Assembly: GCA_046543005.1 (NCBI GenBank)
Contig: JBKHAG010000004.1
Span: 1-51,768 of the forward strand
Reading direction: 5' to 3'
Origin: Candidatus Woesearchaeota archaeon
GTDB lineage: Archaea > Nanobdellota > Nanobdellia > Woesearchaeales > SKGA01
DNA: 51,768 nucleotides
How positions within the stretch are numbered: the first letter of the stretch is position 1; each line of letters opens with the position of its first letter. The notes beneath the pieces are model-generated. The model did not search any database. It saw only the letters and a program-made list of their open reading frames with translations, and was not told the origin of the DNA. Both the position numbers and the translations under genes were made by a program. Positions 1 through 9,228 of the stretch are shown one piece after another.

Positions 1-875
1 GCTTTTTGCATTAAGAGAAGATCTTCAGTGGTAAGTTTTCCACCAGTTTTCATTTTCTCTTGGACAATTTTTGCTTTTTCTTTAATCTGAGCAGCTTCTT
101 GTTTTTTCTTGTCTTCTTCGACTTGCACATCATTTTCTTCAAGTTCAGCTCGAAGTTCTTCAGATTCTTTAAGTAAAGATTTTAAATGATCATTACGTTG
201 AGTAAATATATCTTTAAATTCTCTAAATTTTTCAAAACACTCTTTTTCTTTACTTTTAAGCTCATCGATTTCTTCAGATTTTTCAAGAATTTCTTCATGA
301 TACTCTTGAGATTCTGCTGCTTGAGATTGAATATTTTTATGTATAGCGTTTGATTTTTTTCGAAGTTTGTTTACTTCTTTAGATAGTGAAGATAATGATT
401 CCCAATCCAAACCTTTTTCATTTAATTCTTTTAATTCTTTCTTGAGCTGTTTGATAGTTTTAGTCATTTTTTGCTCTTTATCAAAAGACATAGGTTGGGT
501 TTGTAAAGTATAATCAAGACGTTCAATTTCTTTTTTAATCATAGATGGACTTTGTTGTTTTTTTTGAGAAGGTTTTTGATCGCCTTGTTTTTCCTTGAGT
601 TCTTTAAGAAGGGTTATTTTTTGAGCAATTTCTTTATTAAGTTCATCACGTTCAGACTTCATATCTTGAACACTTTGAGTTCTATCATTTCGTTCTTCTT
701 TATTGCCTTTTACTCCACCGATAAGAGAGAGTATTTTTTTATTGTAATGAGATCGTTTACTAAACCAAGATTCCTTTTCTCGATTTAACTTATTCAACTC
801 TTTTTTTACTGTTGCAATTTCACTTCGTAATGCGTTAAATCGCGCGAGTTTTTCTTTGATCTGTGCTTGGTCCAT
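1..875 (-). CDS. Archaeal coiled-coil protein (COG1340-like), 3' end runs off the window
   Basis: Not in the ORF track. Manual translation from ATG at 875 (MDQAQIKEKLARFNALRSEIA...) is K/E-rich with heptad character and ends ...GGKLTTEDLLLMQK, the typical C-terminus of this family. Confidence 0.7.
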   Translation of the reverse strand, partial: MDQAQIKEKLARFNALRSEIATVKKELNKLNREKESWFSKRSHYNKKILSLIGGVKGNKEERNDRTQSVQDMKSERDELNKEIAQKITLLKELKEKQGDQKPSQKKQQSPSMIKKEIERLDYTLQTQPMSFDKEQKMTKTIKQLKKELKELNEKGLDWESLSSLSKEVNKLRKKSNAIHKNIQSQAAESQEYHEEILEKSEEIDELKSKEKECFEKFREFKDIFTQRNDHLKSLLKESEELRAELEENDVQVEEDKKKQEAAQIKEKAKIVQEKMKTGGKLTTEDLLLMQK

Positions 876-974
876 CTTTAGTATACCTTCTTTTGAGAGT
901 TATTAGGTAACTCCCAATATAAAAAAAATTAAAATGTAAAAATAAAGAAGGGTTACCCCTTCATACAAAAAGAT

Positions 975-1289
975 CTATCCGAAGAGAGCTCCAAGTCCAG
1001 CTGCTGCTGCACCATCATCTTTTTTCTCTTCTTTTTTCTCTTCTTTTTTCTCTTCTGCTGCAGGTGCTGCTGAACCAGCATCTTGAGCGCTGCTTGCTGT
1101 CACAACTGGTGTCGCTGCTGCTTTAGCGATAGCTTCTTCAATATCAACACCATCAAGAGCTGCTACTAAAGCTCGTACTCGACCGTCATCAACTGTTACA
1201 CCAGCTGCTTCTAAAACTTTTTTAACAGCTGCTTCTTCAACTTTTTGTCCTGCTTTATGTAAAAGCATTGCCGCATAAATGTATTCCAT
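975..1289 (-). CDS. rpl12: 50S ribosomal stalk protein P1 (L12)
   Basis: [14 protein letters not shown] start, Ala-rich hinge, acidic tail ending GLGALFG; GGAGTGA RBS supports start at 1289. Confidence 0.97.
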   Translation of the reverse strand: MEYIYAAMLLHKAGQKVEEAAVKKVLEAAGVTVDDGRVRALVAALDGVDIEEAIAKAAATPVVTASSAQDAGSAAPAAEEKKEEKKEEKKDDGAAAAGLGALFG

Positions 1290-1424
1290 TTTTTGTTCAC
1301 TCCTTATTTTTTTAAAATACGTGAATAGTATTTGTTTGTTGTTCACACAAAAACTATGTGAAATTTATCCGAAGAGAGCTCCAAGTCCAGCTGCTGCTGC
1401 ACCATCATCTTTTTTCTCTTCTTT
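976..1424. repeat. 59-nt perfect direct repeat (976-1034 and 1366-1424) encoding the shared P1/P0 C-terminus
   Basis: tatccgaagagagctccaagtccagctgctgctgcaccatcatcttttttctcttcttt occurs identically at both positions. Confidence 0.95.
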
Positions 1425-2372
1425 GTTGTTGTCCTCTTTCTTTTCCTCTTCTGCAGGAGCTTTAGCCTCAGGGGCTGCTGCTTGAGCAGAAACGGTTGCT
1501 TGAGCAGATTTTAATGCATCAGATAATGCATCTTCAGGAAGAACTCCTGCTACACCAAGCATTTGATTATGAGCTTTTATCAAGGTATCGCCAACAGTAA
1601 GGTCGGTTAAAATATCTTGATCAAGCGCAAGAGATATACTTTGTGAAAATGCTTTTGTTACTAATGCAATGATTGTTTCTTCACAAGGATAAGCTGTTTG
1701 CATAGCCAAATTAAATGCCCATGAAGCTGCTTGGGAAAGATCTGCATAGTATGCATCTTCATCAATATCAAGAACTGCTTTTGTTAAAATTTCTCCATTT
1801 TCACAAACAGCAGTTAAATCAAGACCAATTTTCATCGGCTCAATTTCAAGTCGTGAAAGAATTCCAGCTAATTGTTCAGAAATTTCGTCGCCTTCTTTTG
1901 CAACCACTGTATCTTGTTTGATTGCAACTTTTCCACCTTCAATTCCTGCCTTTATTCCAACAGCTCCTAATTCTCCAATTATTGGTCCTGGTGCAAAACT
2001 TGTTGGTCCTGCAGTTACCACAATATCATTTGGAGCTATTTGTCCAGCTTTAATTGCTGCAGTAGATTTATTTTTCTTTAATGTTTTAAATAATGTAAAA
2101 GGATTGTCATTTGAAAACAGAAGTGCAGGCATACCTTTAAGATAAGGTTCTAAATCAGTAAGCCCTTCTTTTTTAGATTGTTCTAAAGCAACTTTCATAA
2201 TACGTCGCTTATTCATTTTTACAAGAACTGTTTTTCGTAATTTAGTACGCATCACATTAAGTTGTTTTGCTGGAAGATTTTCTAAATTTACTGCACCAAC
2301 CATATCATATGAATTGATTAAATCAACATATTCTGCTACTGCGTCTTTTTTTGCTTGTGAAACATGAGCCAT
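1365..2372 (-). CDS. rplP0: 50S ribosomal protein uL10 (P0)
   Basis: MAHVSQAKK, GPTSFAPGPIIGEL motif, P1-like tail; lies between L1 and L12. Confidence 0.97.
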   Translation of the reverse strand: MAHVSQAKKDAVAEYVDLINSYDMVGAVNLENLPAKQLNVMRTKLRKTVLVKMNKRRIMKVALEQSKKEGLTDLEPYLKGMPALLFSNDNPFTLFKTLKKNKSTAAIKAGQIAPNDIVVTAGPTSFAPGPIIGELGAVGIKAGIEGGKVAIKQDTVVAKEGDEISEQLAGILSRLEIEPMKIGLDLTAVCENGEILTKAVLDIDEDAYYADLSQAASWAFNLAMQTAYPCEETIIALVTKAFSQSISLALDQDILTDLTVGDTLIKAHNQMLGVAGVLPEDALSDALKSAQATVSAQAAAPEAKAPAEEEKKEDNNKEEKKDDGAAAAGLGALFG

Positions 2373-2398
2373 TTTTTTATACTCCTACATTTACACCC

Positions 2399-3049
2399 TT
2401 ATTTTATAGGGACAGGTTTACCCATGGTTAATTTAATAAGGGTACCTTGAATATTGTGCCGTTCTTTTGGTAAGTGGTGCTCAATTTGATCATAAATATA
2501 CACCACATTTTTTGCAACGTCTTCATCAGACATGTTTTCATTTCCTGCTGCTAACTGTATAACAGGGAATTTTTTTGCAGAAATTTTTACCGTTTTTTGT
2601 AATCGTTGATAAAGAGGGGCTAAAGATCCTTTTGGTGGAACTACACAACCAGCTTTTGGATTTGGCATTTTTCCACGTGGTCCAAGCACTCGTCCAAATG
2701 CTCCTGCAACTTTACCCATAAGGTTTGCTTGAGCAATAAAGAAATCATATTCTTGAGCAAGTTTTTTTGCTTTCTTTTTATCTTTTTTATATTCATCAAG
2801 TTCAGATTGTGTTATTACAAAATCACAAACTTTTTTTGCTTCGTCAACAAGTTCTACGCCTACAATTGCGCAAACTTTTTTTGAGCCAAAAGCATTAGGT
2901 AAAATTGTAAAAAATTCTACTTGATCGTCAGGATTTTTTAAGTTTAAATCTTTAAGATTTACAATAAGTTCTACTGTTTGTTTAAATTTTCGCGGTTTTG
3001 CTTCTTTTCGAAGTTGTGCGATTGTTGTTTGAATTGTTTTTTCATCCAT
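2399..3049 (-). CDS. rpl1: 50S ribosomal protein uL1
   Basis: RKFKQTVELIVNLK, GRVLGPRGKMP, KLTMGKP motifs; GGTGA RBS before ATG at 3049. Confidence 0.97.
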   Translation of the reverse strand: MDEKTIQTTIAQLRKEAKPRKFKQTVELIVNLKDLNLKNPDDQVEFFTILPNAFGSKKVCAIVGVELVDEAKKVCDFVITQSELDEYKKDKKKAKKLAQEYDFFIAQANLMGKVAGAFGRVLGPRGKMPNPKAGCVVPPKGSLAPLYQRLQKTVKISAKKFPVIQLAAGNENMSDEDVAKNVVYIYDQIEHHLPKERHNIQGTLIKLTMGKPVPIK

Positions 3050-3248
3050 TTTTTTCACCAGTATTCGTCATAATGACTACCGTTTATGCAGTGCAATAAT
3101 CAACAAAGAACAAGATAACCCATACCTATCAAGGAAAAGCTTTTTTGTTCCGTATCAATTAAGTAACGCGACCACGTAGAGGACAAACGGTTTGTTTTCC
3201 AAAACGTGTGATAACGGTAACGTGCAGAAATTATGAAGGGTTTATAAA
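3050..3248 (-). promoter_or_regulatory. Promoter (TTTATAAA 3241-3248) and long structured leader of the L1-L10-L12 operon
   Basis: TATA box about 190 nt upstream of ATG; GGTA-GTCA-tta-TGAC-GAA-TACT hairpin abuts the RBS. Confidence 0.5.
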
Positions 3249-3331
3249 GGTTATTGTTTGATATGGTACTTGTTAAATAAGTAGATTCTAATACCCAAAT
3301 ATTTTTATTAGATTCTAACTTCAACACCATT

Positions 3332-3916
3332 ATGTGGGGACCGACTCAAAAAATAATTGAATTACCTAAAGAAATTCAAAAAGAATATGTTTTTGAAGCT
3401 AAAAATAGGCTTACTTCTCTTAATAACGCGCAATTAAAAGTTGAATTATATGACGCTCCAGAACCTAAACACGTCAGTCACAAAATTCGTCGAGCTCAAG
3501 AACATAATCCCGACTGGTATTCAGAGTTATTTCAAGCATATGCCCACATAACAACATATAGGTCTTCTCAAACAAACCGCAAAAGAACTTGTTTAGTTTC
3601 TAAAATTAATCGACAAAAAACAAGTATTGCTCTTGAACGCATTATTTCTTTACAAGAAAAAAACACATTTCATGAATATGTGCTTCGTGAACAAATACAC
3701 ACCCATTTCATTAAAGGATTTATTGAGAATACTTCTTGGATTCCTGCAAACGACTATGTAAGAGAGTTTTTTGGTTTACAACCACTATATGCTAACGCGT
3801 ATCAAAAAACAGATAATAGAAAAATAACACAAAAACAACCTTATGAAGATCCTTTCCCTAAAAACGCATATCCTAACGAATGTTGTTTACCAGATGATTT
3901 TTTCACAACAATATAA
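3332..3916 (+). CDS. Hypothetical protein
   Basis: 194-aa ORF divergent from rpl1, no recognised motif. Confidence 0.65.
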   Translation: MWGPTQKIIELPKEIQKEYVFEAKNRLTSLNNAQLKVELYDAPEPKHVSHKIRRAQEHNPDWYSELFQAYAHITTYRSSQTNRKRTCLVSKINRQKTSIALERIISLQEKNTFHEYVLREQIHTHFIKGFIENTSWIPANDYVREFFGLQPLYANAYQKTDNRKITQKQPYEDPFPKNAYPNECCLPDDFFTTI

Positions 3917-4084
3917 AATAATAACGTTCCTTTCTAAAAAAAGGAGAAAACATCTTTTTTGTCATTTTTTGCAATTTTATTTATAAATACAAATTATTTA
4001 CTACTTTAAAGTGATTAAAAAATAGAAACATTTAAATAGGTTCTCTAAACTAAACAAAAATAAACAAAAAATACAAATAATAAA

Positions 4085-4636
4085 ATGACTCAAAAAACAT
4101 ACGTTCAAAAACTTGAGGAACTTGAAACTAAACGACAAAAAGCATTCCATAAAGGAAACGAATCAAGTTATGCGTATCTTTGTGATTTGTTAGGTATGAC
4201 TCCTGAAGACAATATTAAATACCAACAAGGACTATTTGAATTATCTCAACAACCTCGACTTAAGTCAACTTATGAAAATTACATAAATAGATTTTTGTAT
4301 AACCAACCACAAACAACAAGTCAAAATAATAAAAAAACAACAGTTGAAGTCAACATTAAAAAAACTGTTGAAAATGACTACATACAAAAATTTATTGATG
4401 CGGCAAAAAAATATCTTAACAGCATCCCCGCAGATATTTTAAACAGATCCGATTTTGAAAAAAATAAAACATATAAAGAAGGAAAACAATTATTACAAGC
4501 ATTTTTCCCCAAACGTTTTGGTCCAAAAGGATCACAAGACTTAGATAAAGTAGATACACAAAACCAAAAAGTTTACGCCGATTTTAAAATACCAAATAAA
4601 GTTAAACACGTTTTAGAAACATATCTTAAAAAATAA
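4085..4636 (+). CDS. Hypothetical protein
   Basis: 183-aa ORF with upstream GAAACA-TTTAAATA promoter-like signal (about 4025-4038). Confidence 0.65.
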   Translation: MTQKTYVQKLEELETKRQKAFHKGNESSYAYLCDLLGMTPEDNIKYQQGLFELSQQPRLKSTYENYINRFLYNQPQTTSQNNKKTTVEVNIKKTVENDYIQKFIDAAKKYLNSIPADILNRSDFEKNKTYKEGKQLLQAFFPKRFGPKGSQDLDKVDTQNQKVYADFKIPNKVKHVLETYLKK

Positions 4637-4639
4637 CTC

Positions 4640-6247
4640 CTAAGAAAAATGTTTAGCTGCTTGTACTAAGCCCAAGAATAATGGCGCTGGTTGCTGCAGA
4701 CTGCTCTTTAGTTCAGGATGTGCTTGTGTTGCTACAAAAAAAGGATGTGCATCCACAGGTAATTCAATACATTCTGTTAATTCTCCATCAGGTGATACAC
4801 CACTAAGAACTAAACCTGCACTTTTCAAATCATCCATATAAGAAGGGTTAACTTCATAGCGATGTCTGTGTCGTTCACTTACAACTACATTCCCATATAA
4901 TTGATGCACTAAAGAATGTGGCGTTATGTGAGCTTTATACGCGCCCAATCGAAGAGTCCCACCTATATTTGAAAGATTTTTTTTATCAGGCAAAATATCT
5001 ACAACAGGCATTGAGGTATTCGCATCAATTTCTGTAGTGTGAGCATCTGTTCTTCCAATTACATTTCGCATATATTCAATTACTGCAAGTTGTAAGCCAT
5101 AACACAATCCCAAAAAAGGAAGTCGATGAGTTCGACAATACGAAATAACATCAATTTTTCCATTAACACCGCGAGTTCCAAAACCACCAGGAACAATAAC
5201 TCCTTGAACACCTTCTAAAGCTTGTTCTACAGATAGTTCTTTTTTTTCAATTGCTTGCGTATCAACCCAAACAATATCTATTTTTGTTTGAGCGTGCGCG
5301 CCTGCGTGAGTGAGTGCTTCAACAACACTTGCGTAACTATCTTCAAGCGCAGTGTATTTTCCACAAATTGCAATTTTTGTTGTAGATTTTGGATGTTTAA
5401 TTTCATCAATAAGATACGCCCATGCCGAAAGATCGGGACGTGCTCGAAGACCTAATTTTTTATTAACAACATTAAGTAATCCTTGGTCGTGAAAAAGTAA
5501 AGGAATTTTGTAAATAGTATCAACATCATATGCGCTAAATACATGAGAAGAAGGTAAATTACAAAAACAAGAAATTTTTTCTTGAATGGCATGTGTTATG
5601 GGTTCTTTGCCTCGACATAAAACAATATCAGGAACAATACCTCGCTGCATAAGTAAACTTACACTTTGCTGAGTAGGTTTACTTTTTTGTTCATTAACAC
5701 CGCCCGGAATTGGAATGTAGGTTAAGTGAACAAACAAGACATTTTCTTTTCCTTTGCGAAGTTTTAATTGACGAGCAGCCTCTAAGTATAATTCATTTTC
5801 TAAATCACCAACTGTTCCTCCTATTTCAATAACAACAATTTCCGGATTGTTTTTTTTAACTAAAGACTGCCACCAATCAATAATATGATCTGAAGCGTGA
5901 GGTATAAATTGAACGGTTTTTCCTAAAAAATCCCCTTTTCGTTCTTTTTCTCGAAGCTGAGCAAATACTTTACCCATAGTTATATTTTGTTTTCCAGTGC
6001 AAGATGTTTTTAAGAATCGTTCGTAGTGGCCAAAATCCATGTCTACTTCTGAACCATCATCAAGAACAAATACTTCTCCGTGTTCAACAGGATTCATCGT
6101 TCCAGGATCAACATTAAGATAACCATCACATTTAATTGGCATCACAGAATAATCATGAGAAAGTAGGTGACCAATAGAAGCTGTAGCAACTCCTTTTCCC
6201 AAGCCAGAAAGAACTCCACCCGTTACAAAGATATATTTTGTATCCAT
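4640..6247 (-). CDS. pyrG: CTP synthase
   Basis: GGVLSGLGKG, DPGTMNPVEHGEVFV, GLCYGLQ nucleophile, RHRHRYEVN, HPE. Confidence 0.98.
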   Translation of the reverse strand: MDTKYIFVTGGVLSGLGKGVATASIGHLLSHDYSVMPIKCDGYLNVDPGTMNPVEHGEVFVLDDGSEVDMDFGHYERFLKTSCTGKQNITMGKVFAQLREKERKGDFLGKTVQFIPHASDHIIDWWQSLVKKNNPEIVVIEIGGTVGDLENELYLEAARQLKLRKGKENVLFVHLTYIPIPGGVNEQKSKPTQQSVSLLMQRGIVPDIVLCRGKEPITHAIQEKISCFCNLPSSHVFSAYDVDTIYKIPLLFHDQGLLNVVNKKLGLRARPDLSAWAYLIDEIKHPKSTTKIAICGKYTALEDSYASVVEALTHAGAHAQTKIDIVWVDTQAIEKKELSVEQALEGVQGVIVPGGFGTRGVNGKIDVISYCRTHRLPFLGLCYGLQLAVIEYMRNVIGRTDAHTTEIDANTSMPVVDILPDKKNLSNIGGTLRLGAYKAHITPHSLVHQLYGNVVVSERHRHRYEVNPSYMDDLKSAGLVLSGVSPDGELTECIELPVDAHPFFVATQAHPELKSSLQQPAPLFLGLVQAAKHFS

Positions 6248-6311
6248 GCAACATATCTAACAAGTCAAAGTTAATAAACAAACTGGTTGTAAAGACTATA
6301 GATTAGAATGT

Positions 6312-6419
6312 ATAGACTCAACAATTTCACTAACGCCTTGACACGAAATCAGAGTACGCGCCGATTATCTGCAGGCGATCGCTCGCAACTAAACCGTTGT
6401 GAAAATTTGTCAGTTTAGT
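6312..6419. repeat. Palindromic intergenic element (family 2)
   Basis: Imperfect outer inverted repeat; GCCTTGACACgAAaTCAGA is shared with the element at 16460. Confidence 0.45.
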
Positions 6420-6488
6420 AAATTATGAAAAAATATAATTAAGAAAAAAATATAAGAAAAAGAGGAAAAAAACAAAATAAAAAACAAC

Positions 6489-7502
6489 TCACATAAAAAC
6501 CATATCGTCCCAGAAAGGAGCTTGAATGTTCATCTTTTTATTTGTCACAGGATGAGTAAATTCTAATCCTTGAGCGTGAAGAAGTTGTCTGGTTGCTCCA
6601 AGTTGTTCTAGGAGTCTTTTATCAGAAATACCAGCATATAAAAAATCTAAAAAAAGTTCAGGATGTTTTCCATGTTCTTTGTCGCCAACAATTGGACAAC
6701 CCATCGCTGCAAGATGTGCTCGAATTTGATGTTTTCTACCAGTACGCAGTTCGCAAGTAACAAGCGAGCAATCAAAGCCATTAAGAGTTATGTGTTTTAT
6801 TGTTTCGTATTGTGTAATTGCAGATTTTCCTTTTCCAGCAGGAGCCACTTCAACATAATCTCGCAAAACACCGTTTGATAATTTTTTTTCAACAATATGA
6901 AGAGGTAATTTACATACACCTTTGTCAGGACTAAGACTTCCAAAGACCACTGCAAAATATGTTTTTTTCATAGTTTGCTTTCGTACTTGTTCATGCAAAG
7001 CATCACGAGTGTTTTCGTTTTTTGCACATAACACAATTCCTGACGTTTCTCTATCAAGTCGATGTATTGGGAAAATTTGTGAATTCGTTTTTTGAGAAAG
7101 AATATGAGTGAGTGTTTTAAAATAATATTTACCCACAGGGTGAGTTAGTAAATGTGGCGGTTTATTGGCAATAACAATATCAACGTCTTCGTAAAGAATG
7201 CGCACGTGTGTTCGCGCAAAAGGCTCGTCTTTGGGTGAAGAAATAAATGAGATAACATCATCTTTTTTTACAACAACATCTAAAGAAAAAAGAAGTTCTC
7301 CATTAAGAAAAATTCTGCTTTGAGAAAAAAGTTTTTGTACATCTTTAGAAGTTTTATAAAAAGGAAAAAGAGAAAGAAATGTAAACGTAAATGATTTTTC
7401 TAAAGTATCTTTTGTGACTCGTGCATTTTGCACGCGATACATTGACCTGTCAAGAGTGGCAAGTGTTTTGACAAGAGGAGTTATTGCTTTATTCGTCGTC
7501 AC
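6489..7502 (-). CDS. RluA/RluD-family pseudouridine synthase
   Basis: NKPPHLLTHP, HRLDRETSG (catalytic Asp), KTY, TGRKHQIRAHL, PIVGD, RQLLHA. Confidence 0.93.
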   Translation of the reverse strand: MTTNKAITPLVKTLATLDRSMYRVQNARVTKDTLEKSFTFTFLSLFPFYKTSKDVQKLFSQSRIFLNGELLFSLDVVVKKDDVISFISSPKDEPFARTHVRILYEDVDIVIANKPPHLLTHPVGKYYFKTLTHILSQKTNSQIFPIHRLDRETSGIVLCAKNENTRDALHEQVRKQTMKKTYFAVVFGSLSPDKGVCKLPLHIVEKKLSNGVLRDYVEVAPAGKGKSAITQYETIKHITLNGFDCSLVTCELRTGRKHQIRAHLAAMGCPIVGDKEHGKHPELFLDFLYAGISDKRLLEQLGATRQLLHAQGLEFTHPVTNKKMNIQAPFWDDMVFM

Positions 7503-8427
7503 TTTGAGATTCTAAAAACCGTTGAGCATCAAGTGCCGCTTTACAACCATCGCCTGCGGCGACAATTGCTTGCCAATACATTTTTGAATCTGCAACATCG
7601 CCTGCTGCAAAAATTCCTTCCACAGAAGTTTTTGTTGTGTCAGGTTCTGTTTGAATTAAGCCATATTGATTTTTTATGATTGTTTCTGGTAAGAAATCAG
7701 TGTTTGGCTTTCGACCGATTGCTAAAAACATTCCATCGGTTTTAAAGTTTTCTTGTTTGCCAGTCACGGTGTTTTCTAACACAACACCTTCAACTTTATT
7801 TTCACCCAATACTTCTGCTACGCGCACGTTTGTTTTAATATCTACTTTAGGATCTTTTTGCGCCCGAGTAAGCATAATTGGAGACGCTTTAAAGTCCTCT
7901 GTTAAATTAAGAATGGTAACTTTAGACGCAAACTTTGCAAGGAATGTTGCTTCTTCCATGGCAGTATCACCACCACCAACTACAACGACTTCTTTTCCTG
8001 AAAAGAAGAATCCATCACATGTTGCACAAGCACTTACACCTTTTCCTTTTAATTTTTTTTCACTTTCTAAACCAAGATATTTTGCTCGCGCGCCTGTTGC
8101 AACAATAATTGTTTTTGCAAGATATTCTCCAGCGTTTGTAACGATAGTAAATGGTTTTTTGGAAGTATCAATCGAAGAAACAAGTTCAAAAGTATCTTGC
8201 ACGCCAAAACGAACTGCTTGTTTACGCATGTCTTCCATAAGCTCAGGTCCAGATTTTCCTTGAACAAATCCGGGAAAATTTTCTACATCCGTTGTTGTTG
8301 TAAGTTGTCCACCTGGAGTTTCTCCTTCAAATAAAACTACATCAAATTCAGCTCTCGCTGCATAAATTCCTGCAGTATAACCTGCAGGTCCGCCACCAAT
8401 AATTGCTACATCAAAAGTTTTTTCCAT
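7489..8427 (-). CDS. trxB: Thioredoxin reductase
   Basis: GGGPAG, GGQLTTTTDVENFPG, CATCDG, GGGDTAMEEA, FAAGDV. Confidence 0.97.
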   Translation of the reverse strand: MEKTFDVAIIGGGPAGYTAGIYAARAEFDVVLFEGETPGGQLTTTTDVENFPGFVQGKSGPELMEDMRKQAVRFGVQDTFELVSSIDTSKKPFTIVTNAGEYLAKTIIVATGARAKYLGLESEKKLKGKGVSACATCDGFFFSGKEVVVVGGGDTAMEEATFLAKFASKVTILNLTEDFKASPIMLTRAQKDPKVDIKTNVRVAEVLGENKVEGVVLENTVTGKQENFKTDGMFLAIGRKPNTDFLPETIIKNQYGLIQTEPDTTKTSVEGIFAAGDVADSKMYWQAIVAAGDGCKAALDAQRFLESQSDDE

Positions 8428-8660
8428 TTTAATTTACCACACATAATGCATCATGACCAATAGTTTACTTAATATATTTGTCATAATAAATGCACAAAAT
8501 AAACATAAGTAATAAATACAAAGCACGACTTAAAAAAAGTGCAATTACTAAAAAACTAAAACGCTTTAAAAATAATTGCATCTTAACAAATCATACATGA
8601 CCTATTAACAATAAAAAAATAAAAAAACAATAAAAAAATAAAAAATAAAACAATGTATGT

Positions 8661-8987
8661 TTATACTTTACTAAACAAATCATCAAGTTTTTGCTTTAAC
8701 ATTTCTTTGGGTAAAAAACCAACAATTCTGTCAAATTCTTTACCATCTTTTAAAAGCAAGAGAGCAGGAATTCCTTGAATACCAAATTCTCCTACGAGCT
8801 CAGGATGATCTTGCGTGTTTAGTTTTGCAAAAACTATATCATCATATTCTTCACTAAGTTCTTCAAACACCGGACCCATCATTTTACATGGACCGCACCA
8901 AGGCGCCCAAAAATCTACTAAAACAGGTTTATCGTTTTGTTTGAGTACTTTATCAAAATTTTCTGGTGTTACATGTATAAGTGCCAT
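8661..8987 (-). CDS. trxA: Thioredoxin
   Basis: DFWAPWCGPCK active site, GIP cis-Pro motif. Confidence 0.97.
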   Translation of the reverse strand: MALIHVTPENFDKVLKQNDKPVLVDFWAPWCGPCKMMGPVFEELSEEYDDIVFAKLNTQDHPELVGEFGIQGIPALLLLKDGKEFDRIVGFLPKEMLKQKLDDLFSKV

Positions 8988-9228
8988 AGTAGTTACCTCA
9001 TATTGAGTTAAAGCATATGTGTGCGCAATAATTTTTTACGCATATTCATATTTTAACTTCTTAATAACTGCTATGATAAAGAAGTTTAAAAAGGTAATGG
9101 TCTGCAGATAAAAAAAGACAAAAAAAGCAAAGACTACTGACAAAAATAAGAAGTATACTTAACGAAAAATCAAGCATGAAAAAATAAATAACAAAACGAG
9201 ATAAAATTACAAAAAGAAAAAAAGTAAA

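Noticed and set aside
7676-8263. Long plus-strand ORF antisense to trxB (likewise 17442-17915, 24214-24660, 29066-29473, 50864-51187)
   Set aside because: Shadow frames of well-supported minus-strand genes, with no RBS or motifs
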